Shown here piece after piece: positions 48,204 through 57,881 of a stretch of DNA of 64,000 nucleotides; position 1 is the stretch's first letter, and the number at the start of each line of letters is the position of its first letter. Under the pieces are notes generated by a model. It saw nothing but the letters and a program-made list of their open reading frames with translations, had not been told where the DNA came from and ran no database searches. The DNA is from Planctomycetota bacterium (GTDB lineage Bacteria > Planctomycetota > UBA1135 > GCA-002748355), in the NCBI GenBank assembly GCA_002748355.1, contig PDSF01000046.1, positions 204-64,203 on the forward strand, in the 5' to 3' direction. The translations under genes and the position numbers were made by a program.

Positions 48204-51200
48204 ATGCCTCGACAGTCTTTCCTTCTCCTAGGACAAGAGTCACTCCTTGTTCGCTGTGGCTTAGCCCTCCTCGAACGGGGACACGAGATCGTGGGGATTG
48301 TCGCCCCCGAAGGCCCCGGGGCGTCATTCGCACGGGAATACAAGCTCGCGCATTATTCGGAGATCCCCGAGCTAGAGCCCGGCAGCTATGACTGGATGCT
48401 CTCCATTACTTGGCTGCAAATCATCAAAGAGCAGCATTTGGCTATCCCGCGTCGAGGAGCCATCAACTTCCACGATGGACCGCTTCCGCGGCACGCGGGA
48501 CTCCTGGCGCCGACATGGGCCATCCTGCAGGGCGAAACCGAGCACGCCATTTGCTGGCACCAGATGGAGCCGCAAGTAGACGCAGGCGCCATCCATATTG
48601 AACGCCGGTTCGAAATCGTCGATACCGACACGACACTGACCCTGAATGCGAAGTGCTTCGAGCACGGTTTCGACGCCTTCGAGCAGCTCCTTTCCGATAT
48701 CGAGTCGGAGAGCCTCAGCTCGCAGCCACAGGCAGCTGAGCCCCGACAACTGCACCAGCGCTGGGATCGGCCACCTGCAGCAGGCCAAATCGACTGGAGC
48801 CAGAGCGCTGTCGAATGCGAACGGCGCTTCCGAGCCCTGGACTTCGGCCAGGCAGCCAACGACTTTGGACGTGCTTGGTTCCGGATCGGCGAGCGCGTGA
48901 TTCAGCCGTTGCACATGGAGCTGGTCGCAGGATCGAGTTCCGGGACAGCAGGTGAGATCCTACTCATAGAGGACGCCTGCATGGTCGTCGCATGCGGCAG
49001 CGGCGCGATCCGGCTCAGTGGATTCGAAAGCCCCGAAGGCAAAGCACTCGCAGCCAACAAAGACGGCCCATACCTGACCCTGAAGGCCGGAGACAAGCTA
49101 AAGGGACCCTCGACCGAGGAGGCCTTCCGACTCGAAGAGCTCGCCAAAAAACTCGCCAAGCACGAACCCTTCTGGCGCAGCAAACTCTCCGGCATCGAAC
49201 CCCTGACAGCCCCCTGGCTGCCCCATCAAGAAAACCCTGCCCAGGAGCACCAGCTGCCCGGGAAAAGGAGCCCCGAAGCTTGGATCGCAGCGCTAAGTAT
49301 CAGCCTAGGTCGATTGGCTTCCCGTCGCTCCTTCCACTGCGGACTCGAAATCGTCAGCACAAATGACCAAGCGGGGCTGCTATCAAAGCTCGCCCCTTTC
49401 GCGGTCCATTGGAGCCCCGAGCAGAGCTGCAAGGATCATGTATCGCGAATAACGGCCGAACTCGAATCCCTCTCGAACAAGGGGAGCTTCCTCCGCAACC
49501 TATTCTCTCGCCACTCAGAACTAAGGGCCCTCGGCGCACAGAATCAGTCCTTCTTGCCGGTTCGCATCGGTTCCACTGCTGGCATCGGTTCCGCTGCCAT
49601 CTATCTCAACTTGGAGGAAGACGGTGGTGCCAGACTGCACTGCGCCGAAGCTGTCGCCAGCGAAGCAGAGTTCAAAAGCCTAACAAGTCTCTGCGAGCGG
49701 TATCTCGAAACCATAGCCACAAGCCCAGACACACCGCTTCTGGAGGTTCCTCTCCTGGACGAAGAGCAAGTTCGGCAGATGCACGAACAAGCACTCCAGA
49801 GCTTCGCCCCGATCGAAGGGCCACGCGAGATCGTCACCCAGTTCAAACACACAGCAAGCCTGCACCCTGAGCGCGTGGCATTACGTTGCCACTACGGGGA
49901 GCTGAGTTTTGGCGAACTCGATCAAGAGATAGAAAAGCTGGCGAAAGCCATTGCCGGCCTCGGAATCGGCTCCGGGGAACTCGTCGCAGTGCACCTCCCG
50001 CGTTCGCTTGAGATGCTCATCGCAGTGCATGCCATTCAGCGCGCCGGGGCCGCCTACGTACCTCTCGACCCCGAGTATCCACGCGAACGCCTCGCCTTCA
50101 TGCTGAGCAACTCCAAGAGCAAGCTAGTCCTAACGACCAGCAGTAGGCGACGAGACCTATCAGCGGGGGAGGATGTCCAGTTCCTTGAGCTAGACAGGGA
50201 CCAAAAGAGGATTCTCTCTCTGGCATCAACAAGCGACCTGCCCCCTCCCCCGGCACCAGAAGACCTCGCCTACGTGATCTACACCTCGGGATCGACAGGC
50301 CGCCCTAAGGGTGTCGAAATCGAGCATCGCTCGGTTGCAAACTTCTTTGCCGGGATGGACGAGATTATCGGCCCCCCAAAAAACGACGAAAACAAGGTCT
50401 GGCTCGCAGTCACGAGCCTCTCCTTCGACATTTCGGTATTGGAGCTTTTCTGGACGTTAACCCGAGGCTTCACCGTCATCTTGTATGGCGCTACCGAGAT
50501 CACCGCCGCCGCGCGAACAGTAAGCATGAGCTTGGCCTACTTCGCCAGCGACTCCGGCGAGAACCCCGGCGACCGCTACCGCCTGTTACGCGAAGGCGCT
50601 CGCTTTGCAGATGCGCACGGCTTCGAAGCCGTCTGGACCCCGGAGCGACACTTCCACGAGTTCGGAGGACTTTATCCAAACCCCTCGGTAACCAGCGCAG
50701 CGCTGGCAACGTGGACCGAACGAGTGCAGCTGCGCGCAGGCAGCGTAGTAACCGGGCTGCACCATCCCATCCGCATTGCGGAAGAGTGGTCGGTCATCGA
50801 CAACATCTCCGGTGGCAGAGTGGGTGTAGCCTTGGCTTCTGGTTGGCACCCGAACGATTTTGTCCTCGCGCCCCATCGCTACGAGGGGCGGAAGGAGCGG
50901 ATGCTGGAAGATCTCCAGACGATCCGCCGCCTCTGGGCTAAGGAAGAAGTCATCTTCGAAAACCCCATCGAAGAGAAATTCTCCGTGAGGATCCTCCCAG
51001 AACCTCTGAGCCCAGAGCTGCCCATTTGGATTACTGCAGCCGGCAACCCCGAAACCTTCCGGATTGCCGGGGAGCAAGGCTGCAACCTGCTCACCCACCT
51101 ACTCGGCCAAAACGTAGAAGAGCTCGCAAGCAAAGTCCGGATCTACCGCGAAGCGTATTCGAACTCTCCCTACGCCATCGAACGCGGCGGCGAGGGCAAG

Positions 51201-52904
51201 GTAACCCTCTTACTCCACACCTACGTCTGCGGCGATGAGCAGGAAGCCCTGCAGAAAGCCCGCGAGCCGATGCAGCGTTATCTCGGCACCGCTGCTGACC
51301 TGATCAAGAAGCACGTGAGTTCGTGGTCTGCGGTCAGAACCTCGCTGCAAGCTAGCGAGGACGACGAAGAACTGGATCTCGATAAGCTGCCCCCCGAAGA
51401 CGTGCAAGCCCTGCTTGACTACGCCTTCGAACGCTACGCCCAGGGAAGCGCCCTCTTCGGCTCCCCGGACAGCTGCCTAGCGATGGTGGAGCGCCTTCGC
51501 AAAATCGGCGTAGACGAGATTGCCTGCCTCATCGACTTCGGCGTCCCCACCCAAGAGGCTCTCGACGCCCTGCCCCACCTCGACCAACTGCGGCAAAAGA
51601 TCAAACTCAGCACAGCAGAGCCTCAGCTCCGAGAGAGCATCGAAGAGCTCATCGAGCAACACGGCGTGACGCACTTCCAGTGCACCCCATCGATGGCCAC
51701 CATGCTCGCCGCCGACGAGACGACCTGGCCGGCGCTCGCCAAACTTGAGTGCATGCTTGTGGGCGGCGAAGCCGTGAGCCCCGAGCTTGCCCGGCAGCTA
51801 GTCTCCCGACTTGACGGAGCGAAGTTGCTCGATGTCTACGGCCCAACCGAAACGACAATCTGGTCGTCCTCAGCCCCGCTGAACAAGGACTTGAAGCTCG
51901 TCCCCATTGGGCGCCCCATCCGAAACAACAGCTTTTGGATTCTCGACCCTTTGTCCCTTGAGAGAGGGCAGCTTGCCCCCATGCCCAAGGGCGTAGTCGG
52001 GGAGCTATGGATTGGTGGCGAGGGCTTAGCCCGTGGCTATCTCGGGCAACCTGAGCTAACGCAGGAGCGATTCTGGCCTGACCGACTATCCAAGGCCCAG
52101 CCTGAAGCGCCCGAGCGGCTCTATCGAACTGGCGACCTCGCACGCCAGCTACCCGACGGCCAATACAGCTATGTGGGCCGGCTAGACCAACAAGTGAAGA
52201 TCCGCGGCTACCGCGTCGAGATCGGAGAAATCGAAAGCGCCCTCAATGAAAACGAAGCCGTGGGGCTAGCGGCGGTCATCGTCGAGGAACTTGGCCTTGC
52301 CGATATCCGGCTGGTGGCCTTCGTCAGCCCCAGAAGTGGCGAGGCCCCTCAGGCCGAGCACCTGCGCGAGCACCTGCGTCGCCGCCTACCCGAATACATG
52401 GTGCCCAACGATTTCGTCGTCTTGCCAGAGCTGCCCCAGACCCCGAACGGCAAAGTGGATCGAAGGCGGCTCCAAGAAGAGCGCGCACAGTGGCACTCCC
52501 CCTCCGACTCCAAGACTGAAAGAGCCACTCTCCCACAAATGGCCGCCGACCATGCAGCCAGTACCGGAGGAGCGTCTCACTCCGCGGAGGACCTGCGCAA
52601 AATGCTGCAAGCCCTCTGGAGCGAGCTGCTGGGTAAAGCCGTCACGGATCTCGAAGCCAACTTCTTCGACCTCGGTGGACACTCGCTCCTGACCATCAAA
52701 GTCCAGAGCCGACTGAGCAAGGAGATCGGTCGGCGCGTCCCCCTTGTCGACCTCTTCCGCTTCCCCACAATCCACGGACTTACGGAACATCTCTGCGCCT
52801 TGCACTCATCTAGCCCAAGTGCCACTGACACCGGAGAAACAGAGAAGTCTCGCGGCGCCAAACGTGCGGCGAAACGACGTGCACGCCGCCGCCGGAAGAA
52901 CTGA
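48204..52904 (+). CDS. Stand-alone NRPS-like protein: formyltransferase - degenerate C-like region - adenylation domain interrupted by luciferase-like monooxygenase - PCP
   Basis: F domain: INFHDGPLPRHAG (N/H, His codon at 48471) and QVDAGAI (Asp), plus a Fmt C-terminal-like barrel. A C-domain-like segment of ~240 aa (FWRSKLSG...) has no HHxxxDG. A domain: YVPLDPEYP, YTSGSTGRPKG (~50279) and FDIS (~50424). A ~360-aa LLM insert follows (~50525-51610; FADAHGFEAVWTPERHF, GRVGVALASGWHPNDF). The A domain resumes with YGPTETT (~51836), GELWIGGEGLARGY, YRTGDLAR, KIRGYRVEIGEIE and PNGKVDR. PCP: NFFDLGGHSLL with Ser at 52683. The C-terminus is an Arg/Lys-rich tail, with no C, TE or R domain after the PCP. 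Confidence 0.9.
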   Translation: MPRQSFLLLGQESLLVRCGLALLERGHEIVGIVAPEGPGASFAREYKLAHYSEIPELEPGSYDWMLSITWLQIIKEQHLAIPRRGAINFHDGPLPRHAGLLAPTWAILQGETEHAICWHQMEPQVDAGAIHIERRFEIVDTDTTLTLNAKCFEHGFDAFEQLLSDIESESLSSQPQAAEPRQLHQRWDRPPAAGQIDWSQSAVECERRFRALDFGQAANDFGRAWFRIGERVIQPLHMELVAGSSSGTAGEILLIEDACMVVACGSGAIRLSGFESPEGKALAANKDGPYLTLKAGDKLKGPSTEEAFRLEELAKKLAKHEPFWRSKLSGIEPLTAPWLPHQENPAQEHQLPGKRSPEAWIAALSISLGRLASRRSFHCGLEIVSTNDQAGLLSKLAPFAVHWSPEQSCKDHVSRITAELESLSNKGSFLRNLFSRHSELRALGAQNQSFLPVRIGSTAGIGSAAIYLNLEEDGGARLHCAEAVASEAEFKSLTSLCERYLETIATSPDTPLLEVPLLDEEQVRQMHEQALQSFAPIEGPREIVTQFKHTASLHPERVALRCHYGELSFGELDQEIEKLAKAIAGLGIGSGELVAVHLPRSLEMLIAVHAIQRAGAAYVPLDPEYPRERLAFMLSNSKSKLVLTTSSRRRDLSAGEDVQFLELDRDQKRILSLASTSDLPPPPAPEDLAYVIYTSGSTGRPKGVEIEHRSVANFFAGMDEIIGPPKNDENKVWLAVTSLSFDISVLELFWTLTRGFTVILYGATEITAAARTVSMSLAYFASDSGENPGDRYRLLREGARFADAHGFEAVWTPERHFHEFGGLYPNPSVTSAALATWTERVQLRAGSVVTGLHHPIRIAEEWSVIDNISGGRVGVALASGWHPNDFVLAPHRYEGRKERMLEDLQTIRRLWAKEEVIFENPIEEKFSVRILPEPLSPELPIWITAAGNPETFRIAGEQGCNLLTHLLGQNVEELASKVRIYREAYSNSPYAIERGGEGKVTLLLHTYVCGDEQEALQKAREPMQRYLGTAADLIKKHVSSWSAVRTSLQASEDDEELDLDKLPPEDVQALLDYAFERYAQGSALFGSPDSCLAMVERLRKIGVDEIACLIDFGVPTQEALDALPHLDQLRQKIKLSTAEPQLRESIEELIEQHGVTHFQCTPSMATMLAADETTWPALAKLECMLVGGEAVSPELARQLVSRLDGAKLLDVYGPTETTIWSSSAPLNKDLKLVPIGRPIRNNSFWILDPLSLERGQLAPMPKGVVGELWIGGEGLARGYLGQPELTQERFWPDRLSKAQPEAPERLYRTGDLARQLPDGQYSYVGRLDQQVKIRGYRVEIGEIESALNENEAVGLAAVIVEELGLADIRLVAFVSPRSGEAPQAEHLREHLRRRLPEYMVPNDFVVLPELPQTPNGKVDRRRLQEERAQWHSPSDSKTERATLPQMAADHAASTGGASHSAEDLRKMLQALWSELLGKAVTDLEANFFDLGGHSLLTIKVQSRLSKEIGRRVPLVDLFRFPTIHGLTEHLCALHSSSPSATDTGETEKSRGAKRAAKRRARRRRKN

Positions 52905-53078
52905 TTCCGGCCCGAACCCTCACCAAGAACGTAGAAGAACTGGCGAGTCGATATTTTCCGTCACGATAGCAGCAGTAAATTCCGATCGACTCCGAGACGC
53001 GCATCCCACACGGCGCCCTCCCGATGAGCCGTGCTGCTTCGCGCCGAGAACTTCCCTAATCGCTAGCAAGCTTGGCCA

Positions 53079-53672
53079 ATGAAGCCTCCAGGACTCTTTT
53101 CCCTGCTCCGTGAAGACCTACGGGCCCATCACGGGGCTTGGCTCAGACCGGGCTTCCAAGCCTTGGCCGTCTATCGATTCGGGTTCTGGAAGCAGCGCAT
53201 TCGCTGGCGCCTCCTGCGCATCCCCTTCAGCTTGCTCCACCATTGCGGAAGCATCTTCTGCCGCAATTTCTACGGTATCGAGCTGCCCTGCACCGTGAAG
53301 ATCGGAAGGCGCCTAGTCCTCGAACACCAGCACGGGATCACGATCCACGGCAACGTGGTGATTGGCGATGATTGCGTGATCCGGCAAGGAGTCACCATCG
53401 GCAACCGCCATCTCAACGACCCCTTCGGCGCCCCAGTGCTCGGCAACCACGTCAACATCGGAGCCGGAGCCAAGGTCCTGGGCCGAATCCATCTGGGGGA
53501 CCACGTCAATGTCGGGGCGAACGCTGTCGTTCTCTCCTCGGTCCCAGCTCACACAACCGTTGCCGGAATCCCAGCCAAACCCGTCAAGCGGCGCAAAGAG
53601 GCCGAGGCCACAAGCCCGAACGGCAAAACCGAGGCTCCCGTCGCCGAACCTAGCTCCGAAGCGCTGCCGTAA
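53079..53672 (+). CDS. Hexapeptide-repeat acetyltransferase (short CysE/EpsC-like serine O-acetyltransferase family)
   Basis: Left-handed beta-helix repeats: [36 protein letters not shown] and [14 protein letters not shown]. The N-terminus (AVYRFGFW) is typical of this family. Confidence 0.8.
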   Translation: MKPPGLFSLLREDLRAHHGAWLRPGFQALAVYRFGFWKQRIRWRLLRIPFSLLHHCGSIFCRNFYGIELPCTVKIGRRLVLEHQHGITIHGNVVIGDDCVIRQGVTIGNRHLNDPFGAPVLGNHVNIGAGAKVLGRIHLGDHVNVGANAVVLSSVPAHTTVAGIPAKPVKRRKEAEATSPNGKTEAPVAEPSSEALP

Positions 53673-54522
53673 GCGTGTTCTTCATCAGCATCGCGATCGT
53701 CATCGGGCCCACCCCCCCTGGCACCGGAGTGATTGCTGACGCGACCTCACTGACCCCGGCGAACTCGCAATCCCCGACCAGGCGATAGCCACTCTGGCGC
53801 GAGCTGTCATCGACACGATTGACCCCAACGTCGATCACCACGGCGCCCGGCTTGACCATGTCCGCGGTTACGAACTTGGCGCGCCCGATCGCGGCAACCA
53901 ACACATCGGCCTCGCGCGTGACGGCGGCAAGATCCTGGGTTCGCGAATGACAAAGAGTAACTGTCGCATTCTCCCGCAGTAGCAGCATGGCAGCCGGTAA
54001 GCCTACGATGCGGCTACGCCCCAGCACTACGGCACGCGCCCCGCTAAGCCGGCAATCGATGCGCCTCAGCATTTCCAGCACACCCGCTGGCGTGCAGGGC
54101 GCGAAACACGCATTTCCGTCCTTCAGTCCAAGCTGACCGAGATTGGCTGGGTGGAAGCCGTCCACATCTTTGGCCGGGGGAATCGCATCAATAACCCTGC
54201 GCTCGTCGATGTGCCCAGGAAGAGGCAACTGGACCAGGATGCCGTGCACCGCCGTATCCGCTGCCAGCTCACCGATCAAAGCCAGAAGCTGCTCTTCGCT
54301 CGTCTCGGCAGGGAGTTCGTGATGGAAAGAGGCAATGCCATCGCGCTCGCACGCCTTGCGCTTCGCCCGAACATAGGAATGCGAAGCCGGATCCTCTCCA
54401 ACGAGCAGCGTCGCCAGTCCCGGCTGAATCCCCTTCTCCTGGTACAGCCGTTCCGCCTCAACACGAATTTCTGCGTGCAGGGCCGCAGCGATCTCCTTGC
54501 CATCAATACGTCGTGCAGTCAT
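53650..54522 (-). CDS. folD: Bifunctional methylenetetrahydrofolate dehydrogenase / methenyl-THF cyclohydrolase
   Basis: The ORF was trimmed to the ATG at 54522 ([13 protein letters not shown]). It carries [29 protein letters not shown] and [10 protein letters not shown] motifs. Its 3' end overlaps the convergent acetyltransferase gene by 23 nt. Confidence 0.88.
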   Translation of the reverse strand: MTARRIDGKEIAAALHAEIRVEAERLYQEKGIQPGLATLLVGEDPASHSYVRAKRKACERDGIASFHHELPAETSEEQLLALIGELAADTAVHGILVQLPLPGHIDERRVIDAIPPAKDVDGFHPANLGQLGLKDGNACFAPCTPAGVLEMLRRIDCRLSGARAVVLGRSRIVGLPAAMLLLRENATVTLCHSRTQDLAAVTREADVLVAAIGRAKFVTADMVKPGAVVIDVGVNRVDDSSRQSGYRLVGDCEFAGVSEVASAITPVPGGVGPMTIAMLMKNTLTAALRS

Positions 54523-54705
54523 CCCTCCATTGTGACGAGGTGACCCAGCGCCTCCAGCCTGATCTCGCCATACTCTGCCCTCAGCCGAACGCCGCTTCGC
54601 GCTTTCGCCCACCCCAACGCTCGGCTAGGCTCGCTCCTGAATATCGAATCAATAAACCAGGCCCATATTCACTGAAACAGGCCCCAGCCCAAACGGAGCA
54701 GGCAC

Positions 54706-55455
54706 ATGGATATCCTCGTTTGCGTAAAGCGGGTGCCGGCGACCGACAGCACGATCAAGGTCGGTTCGGACGGCAAGAGTATTGACCCTTCTGGGGTCGA
54801 GTTCGTCCCCAACCCCTATGACGAGTTCGCGGTCGAAGAAGGCATCAAGACCAAGGAGGCCCACGGCGGCGAGGTCACCCTGCTGAGCATCGGCCCGGCA
54901 GAGGCCAAGAAGGACTTGCAGAAGTGCCTGGCCATGGGCGCCGACAAGGCCGTCCTTCTCACAGCGACCGAAGGCAGCACGGACGCCAAGGGCGTCGCCG
55001 AAGCCCTGGCCGCCAAGGCCAAGGAGCTGAATCCGCAGGTGATCTTCGTCGGCAAGCAGTCTGTCGACAACGACGACGCTCAGACCGGCCCCCGCATGGC
55101 GGCGCTTCTCGGCTGGGCCTGCGCCAGCGACGTCACCAAGCTCGAAATCGAAGGCGACACCTTCAAGGGCGAGCGTGACATCGAAGGCGGTAAGGAAGCC
55201 TTCGAAGGGAAGCTCCCCGTCGTAATCACCTGCAACAAGGGCCTCAATGAGCCTCGCTTCGCCAACCTCAAGGGGATCATGCAGGCGAAGAAGAAGCCCT
55301 TCGAAAGCAGCGCCGCCGAGCTCGCGCCCCCAGCCGCTCAGCTCATCGAACTCAGCCCGCCGCCAGCCCGCCCCGAGCCGACCATCCTTGGCGAAGGTGC
55401 CGAAGCCGTCGCCGCACTGATCGACAAGCTCCAAAACGAAGCCAAGGTCCTCTGA
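54706..55455 (+). CDS. etfB: Electron transfer flavoprotein beta subunit
   Basis: MDILVCVKRVPATDSTIKV N-terminus. Length of 249 aa and pairing with etfA support the call. Confidence 0.9.
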   Translation: MDILVCVKRVPATDSTIKVGSDGKSIDPSGVEFVPNPYDEFAVEEGIKTKEAHGGEVTLLSIGPAEAKKDLQKCLAMGADKAVLLTATEGSTDAKGVAEALAAKAKELNPQVIFVGKQSVDNDDAQTGPRMAALLGWACASDVTKLEIEGDTFKGERDIEGGKEAFEGKLPVVITCNKGLNEPRFANLKGIMQAKKKPFESSAAELAPPAAQLIELSPPPARPEPTILGEGAEAVAALIDKLQNEAKVL

Positions 55456-55472
55456 GGGAATAGGAGAATACG

Positions 55473-56450
55473 ATGAGCAACATCCTCGTCTTCGTCGAGG
55501 CGCGTGACGGCGCGCTCAAGAAGCCGTCCTTGGAAGCCCTCAGCCTCGGCCGAGAACTCGCGAGCGCCGCTGGCGGTGAAGTGCACGCGCTGCTGATCGG
55601 TAGCGGCGTCGAGGCCCTGACCCCCGAACTCGCCAAGTACGGCGCCACCAAGGTCCACCTGATCGACAGCCCCGAACTCGCCCTCTACAGCGGCGACGGC
55701 TACGCCGCCGCGATGGACGGCGTGCTCAGCGGTTGCTGCTCCAAGTTCGTGCTCGCCGCACACAGCGCCATGGGTAAGGACCTCCTGCCCCGCGTCGCCG
55801 CGAAGCAAGGCGCCGGCATGGTCTCGGACGCCACCAGCGTCACCTTCGCTGACGGCGAGCTGGAGATCATCAAGCCGGTCTACGCCGGCAAGGCCTTCAA
55901 GAAGCTCAGGTCGAGCGGCGAGCGCTTCTTCGTCAGCATCCGACCGAACAGCTACCCAGCCAGCGAGTCCGCAGCCGCGGGCAGCATCAAGAAGGGCGAA
56001 GTTCCGACCGGCCCCTTCCAGGCCATCGTCAAGGAGGTCCTCGCGGCCTCTGGCGACAAGGTCCCCCTCGCCGAAGCCCAGGTCGTCATCGCTGGCGGCC
56101 GTGGCCTGAAGGGCCCCGAGCACTGGGAACTCATCGAGAACCTGGCAGCAGCCTTTGGCCCGGGCGTAGCCGCAGTCGGCGCCTCCCGAGCCGTCTGCGA
56201 CGCCGGCTGGCGGCCTCACATCGAGCAGATCGGCCAGACCGGCAAGGTCGTAGCCCCGACGCTCTACATCGCCCTGGGCATCTCCGGTGCCATCCAGCAC
56301 CTCGCCGGCATGGGCACCTCGAAGTTCATTGTCGCGGTCAACAAGGACCCCGAGGCACCGATCTTCAAGGTCGCGAACTACGGTATCGTCGGCGACGTCT
56401 TCGAAGTCGCACCTGCTCTGACCGAGGCTATCCGGAACTCGAAGGCTTGA
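55473..56450 (+). CDS. etfA: Electron transfer flavoprotein alpha subunit
   Basis: [11 protein letters not shown]-terminus. The C-terminal FAD-binding pattern is [11 protein letters not shown]...[28 protein letters not shown]. Confidence 0.9.
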   Translation: MSNILVFVEARDGALKKPSLEALSLGRELASAAGGEVHALLIGSGVEALTPELAKYGATKVHLIDSPELALYSGDGYAAAMDGVLSGCCSKFVLAAHSAMGKDLLPRVAAKQGAGMVSDATSVTFADGELEIIKPVYAGKAFKKLRSSGERFFVSIRPNSYPASESAAAGSIKKGEVPTGPFQAIVKEVLAASGDKVPLAEAQVVIAGGRGLKGPEHWELIENLAAAFGPGVAAVGASRAVCDAGWRPHIEQIGQTGKVVAPTLYIALGISGAIQHLAGMGTSKFIVAVNKDPEAPIFKVANYGIVGDVFEVAPALTEAIRNSKA

Positions 56451-56557
56451 GCCCTGCAGCTTGAAGCAGGCAGGACGGAAACCGGCATGGGCCGGGCTTT
56501 CGTCCTGCCTCACAGGCCAACTCAGGTTCGCCCTTGGCTGAAGACGAAGGGGGGTTC

Positions 56558-57766
56558 ATGGCCAAAAAGATCGCCTACTTCATCAATCAGTACCCGAAGG
56601 TCAGCCACAGCTTCATTCGTCGCGAAATCCTCGCTCTTGAGGAACTAGGCTTCTCCGTCGCCCGCTTTGCGCTGCGCGGCTGGGACGCCGAACTCGTAGA
56701 CGAGTGCGACAAGAAAGAGCAGGAGCGCACGAAGTATGTCCTCAAGCGGGGGGCCATGGGGCTCCTGCTGCCGACCCTTCGCCTTGCCCTCAGCCGCCCG
56801 GCAGCCTTCTGGCGTGGCCTCCGTTACGCCCTCAGGCTGACCCGCCTCCGGCCCTATTCACTTCTGCGCCGCCTCGTTATCGCAGGAGAGGCGGCCCAGC
56901 TGTTTTTCTGGTTACGTCAGGCCGGGGCCCAGCATGTCCACGCGCATTTCGGCACCAACTCCACGGATGTGGTGGCCGTGAGCAGAGCCATGGGCGGCCC
57001 CAGTTTCAGCTTCACCGTTCATGGCCCGGACGAATACGACCGGCCGGTGGAGTACGCTCTCGGAGAGAAGGTGGCAACGTCGAGCTTTGCCGTCACCATC
57101 AGCTCCTTTGGCCGGAGCCAGCTCTACCGATGGACAGCAGTAGATCACTGGCCCCGAATCCATATCGTCCACTGCGGCCTGGGCAAGGACTTCCTTGACG
57201 CCCCGACGCCTCCCCTTCCCGAGGGAAACAGCCTCGTTTGTGTCGGGCGCCTCTGCGAACAAAAGGGCCAATTGCTCCTCATCGAAGCCCTTTCGGGCAT
57301 TAGGGATCAACTGCCTGCAGACTTCCGCCTGATACTGGCTGGCGACGGTGAAATGCGAAGCCAGATAGAGGAAAGCCTGGCCAAACATAAGCTCCAGGAC
57401 ATGGTCGAGATCACCGGATGGATCGACAGCAAAACGGTGCAGAGCCTGCTGATCCGATCCCGAGCCCTGATTCTCCCCAGCTTCGCCGAGGGACTTCCAG
57501 TCGTCATTATGGAGGCCATGGCCTCCTGTCGCCCGGCCCTGACGACTTCCATCGCCGGCATCCCCGAACTGGTCGAACACGGAAGCAACGGCTGGCTCTT
57601 GACCGCTGGGGACCAAGCCGCATTGGCGCAAGCGATCCTGGACCTGCTCCAAACCCCAGCCAGCGAAACCCAGAAGATGGGCGAACGTGCACGGGAAGAG
57701 GTCAGAGCGAAGCACTCCGCCGAACTCGAAGCCAAAAAGCTCGCAGAGCTGATCCTAGCAGCCTGA
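56558..57766 (+). CDS. GT4-family (GT-B) glycosyltransferase, WcaL-like
   Basis: The ATG at 56558 is preceded by a GAAGGGGGG purine tract. Motifs FINQYPKVSHSFIRREI, VGRLCEQKG and PSFAEGLPVVIMEAMA (the EX7E region) are present. Confidence 0.8.
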   Translation: MAKKIAYFINQYPKVSHSFIRREILALEELGFSVARFALRGWDAELVDECDKKEQERTKYVLKRGAMGLLLPTLRLALSRPAAFWRGLRYALRLTRLRPYSLLRRLVIAGEAAQLFFWLRQAGAQHVHAHFGTNSTDVVAVSRAMGGPSFSFTVHGPDEYDRPVEYALGEKVATSSFAVTISSFGRSQLYRWTAVDHWPRIHIVHCGLGKDFLDAPTPPLPEGNSLVCVGRLCEQKGQLLLIEALSGIRDQLPADFRLILAGDGEMRSQIEESLAKHKLQDMVEITGWIDSKTVQSLLIRSRALILPSFAEGLPVVIMEAMASCRPALTTSIAGIPELVEHGSNGWLLTAGDQAALAQAILDLLQTPASETQKMGERAREEVRAKHSAELEAKKLAELILAA

Positions 57767-57786
57767 GTCAGATCGAGCCTGCGAGC

Positions 57787-57827
57787 AGTCCCTGGGCCCA
57801 GGGACTCACAGGGGCGGCTTAAGCCGC
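57787..57827. terminator. Two tandem palindromic hairpins between convergent genes
   Basis: gtccctgggcccagggac (57787-57804) and ggcggcttaagccgcc (57812-57827). They lie in the 115-nt gap between the GT4 and ppgK stops. Confidence 0.45.
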
Positions 57828-57881
57828 CTGCTCGAAGGCTCTGAGAGCCCCCTGCCAGCAAGCCCCAGCGCGTATGACGAT

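Noticed and set aside
55338-56513. Very long ORFs antisense to or overlapping confident genes. Examples are 55338-56513 (opposite etfA), 20904-21950, 12704-13621, 44228-45376, 54649-55434 and 60498-61337.
   Set aside because: Their translations are low-complexity Arg/Ala/Gly/Pro-rich sequences without motifs, typical of stop-codon-poor antisense frames in high-GC DNA. The opposite strand carries clear family signatures in each case.
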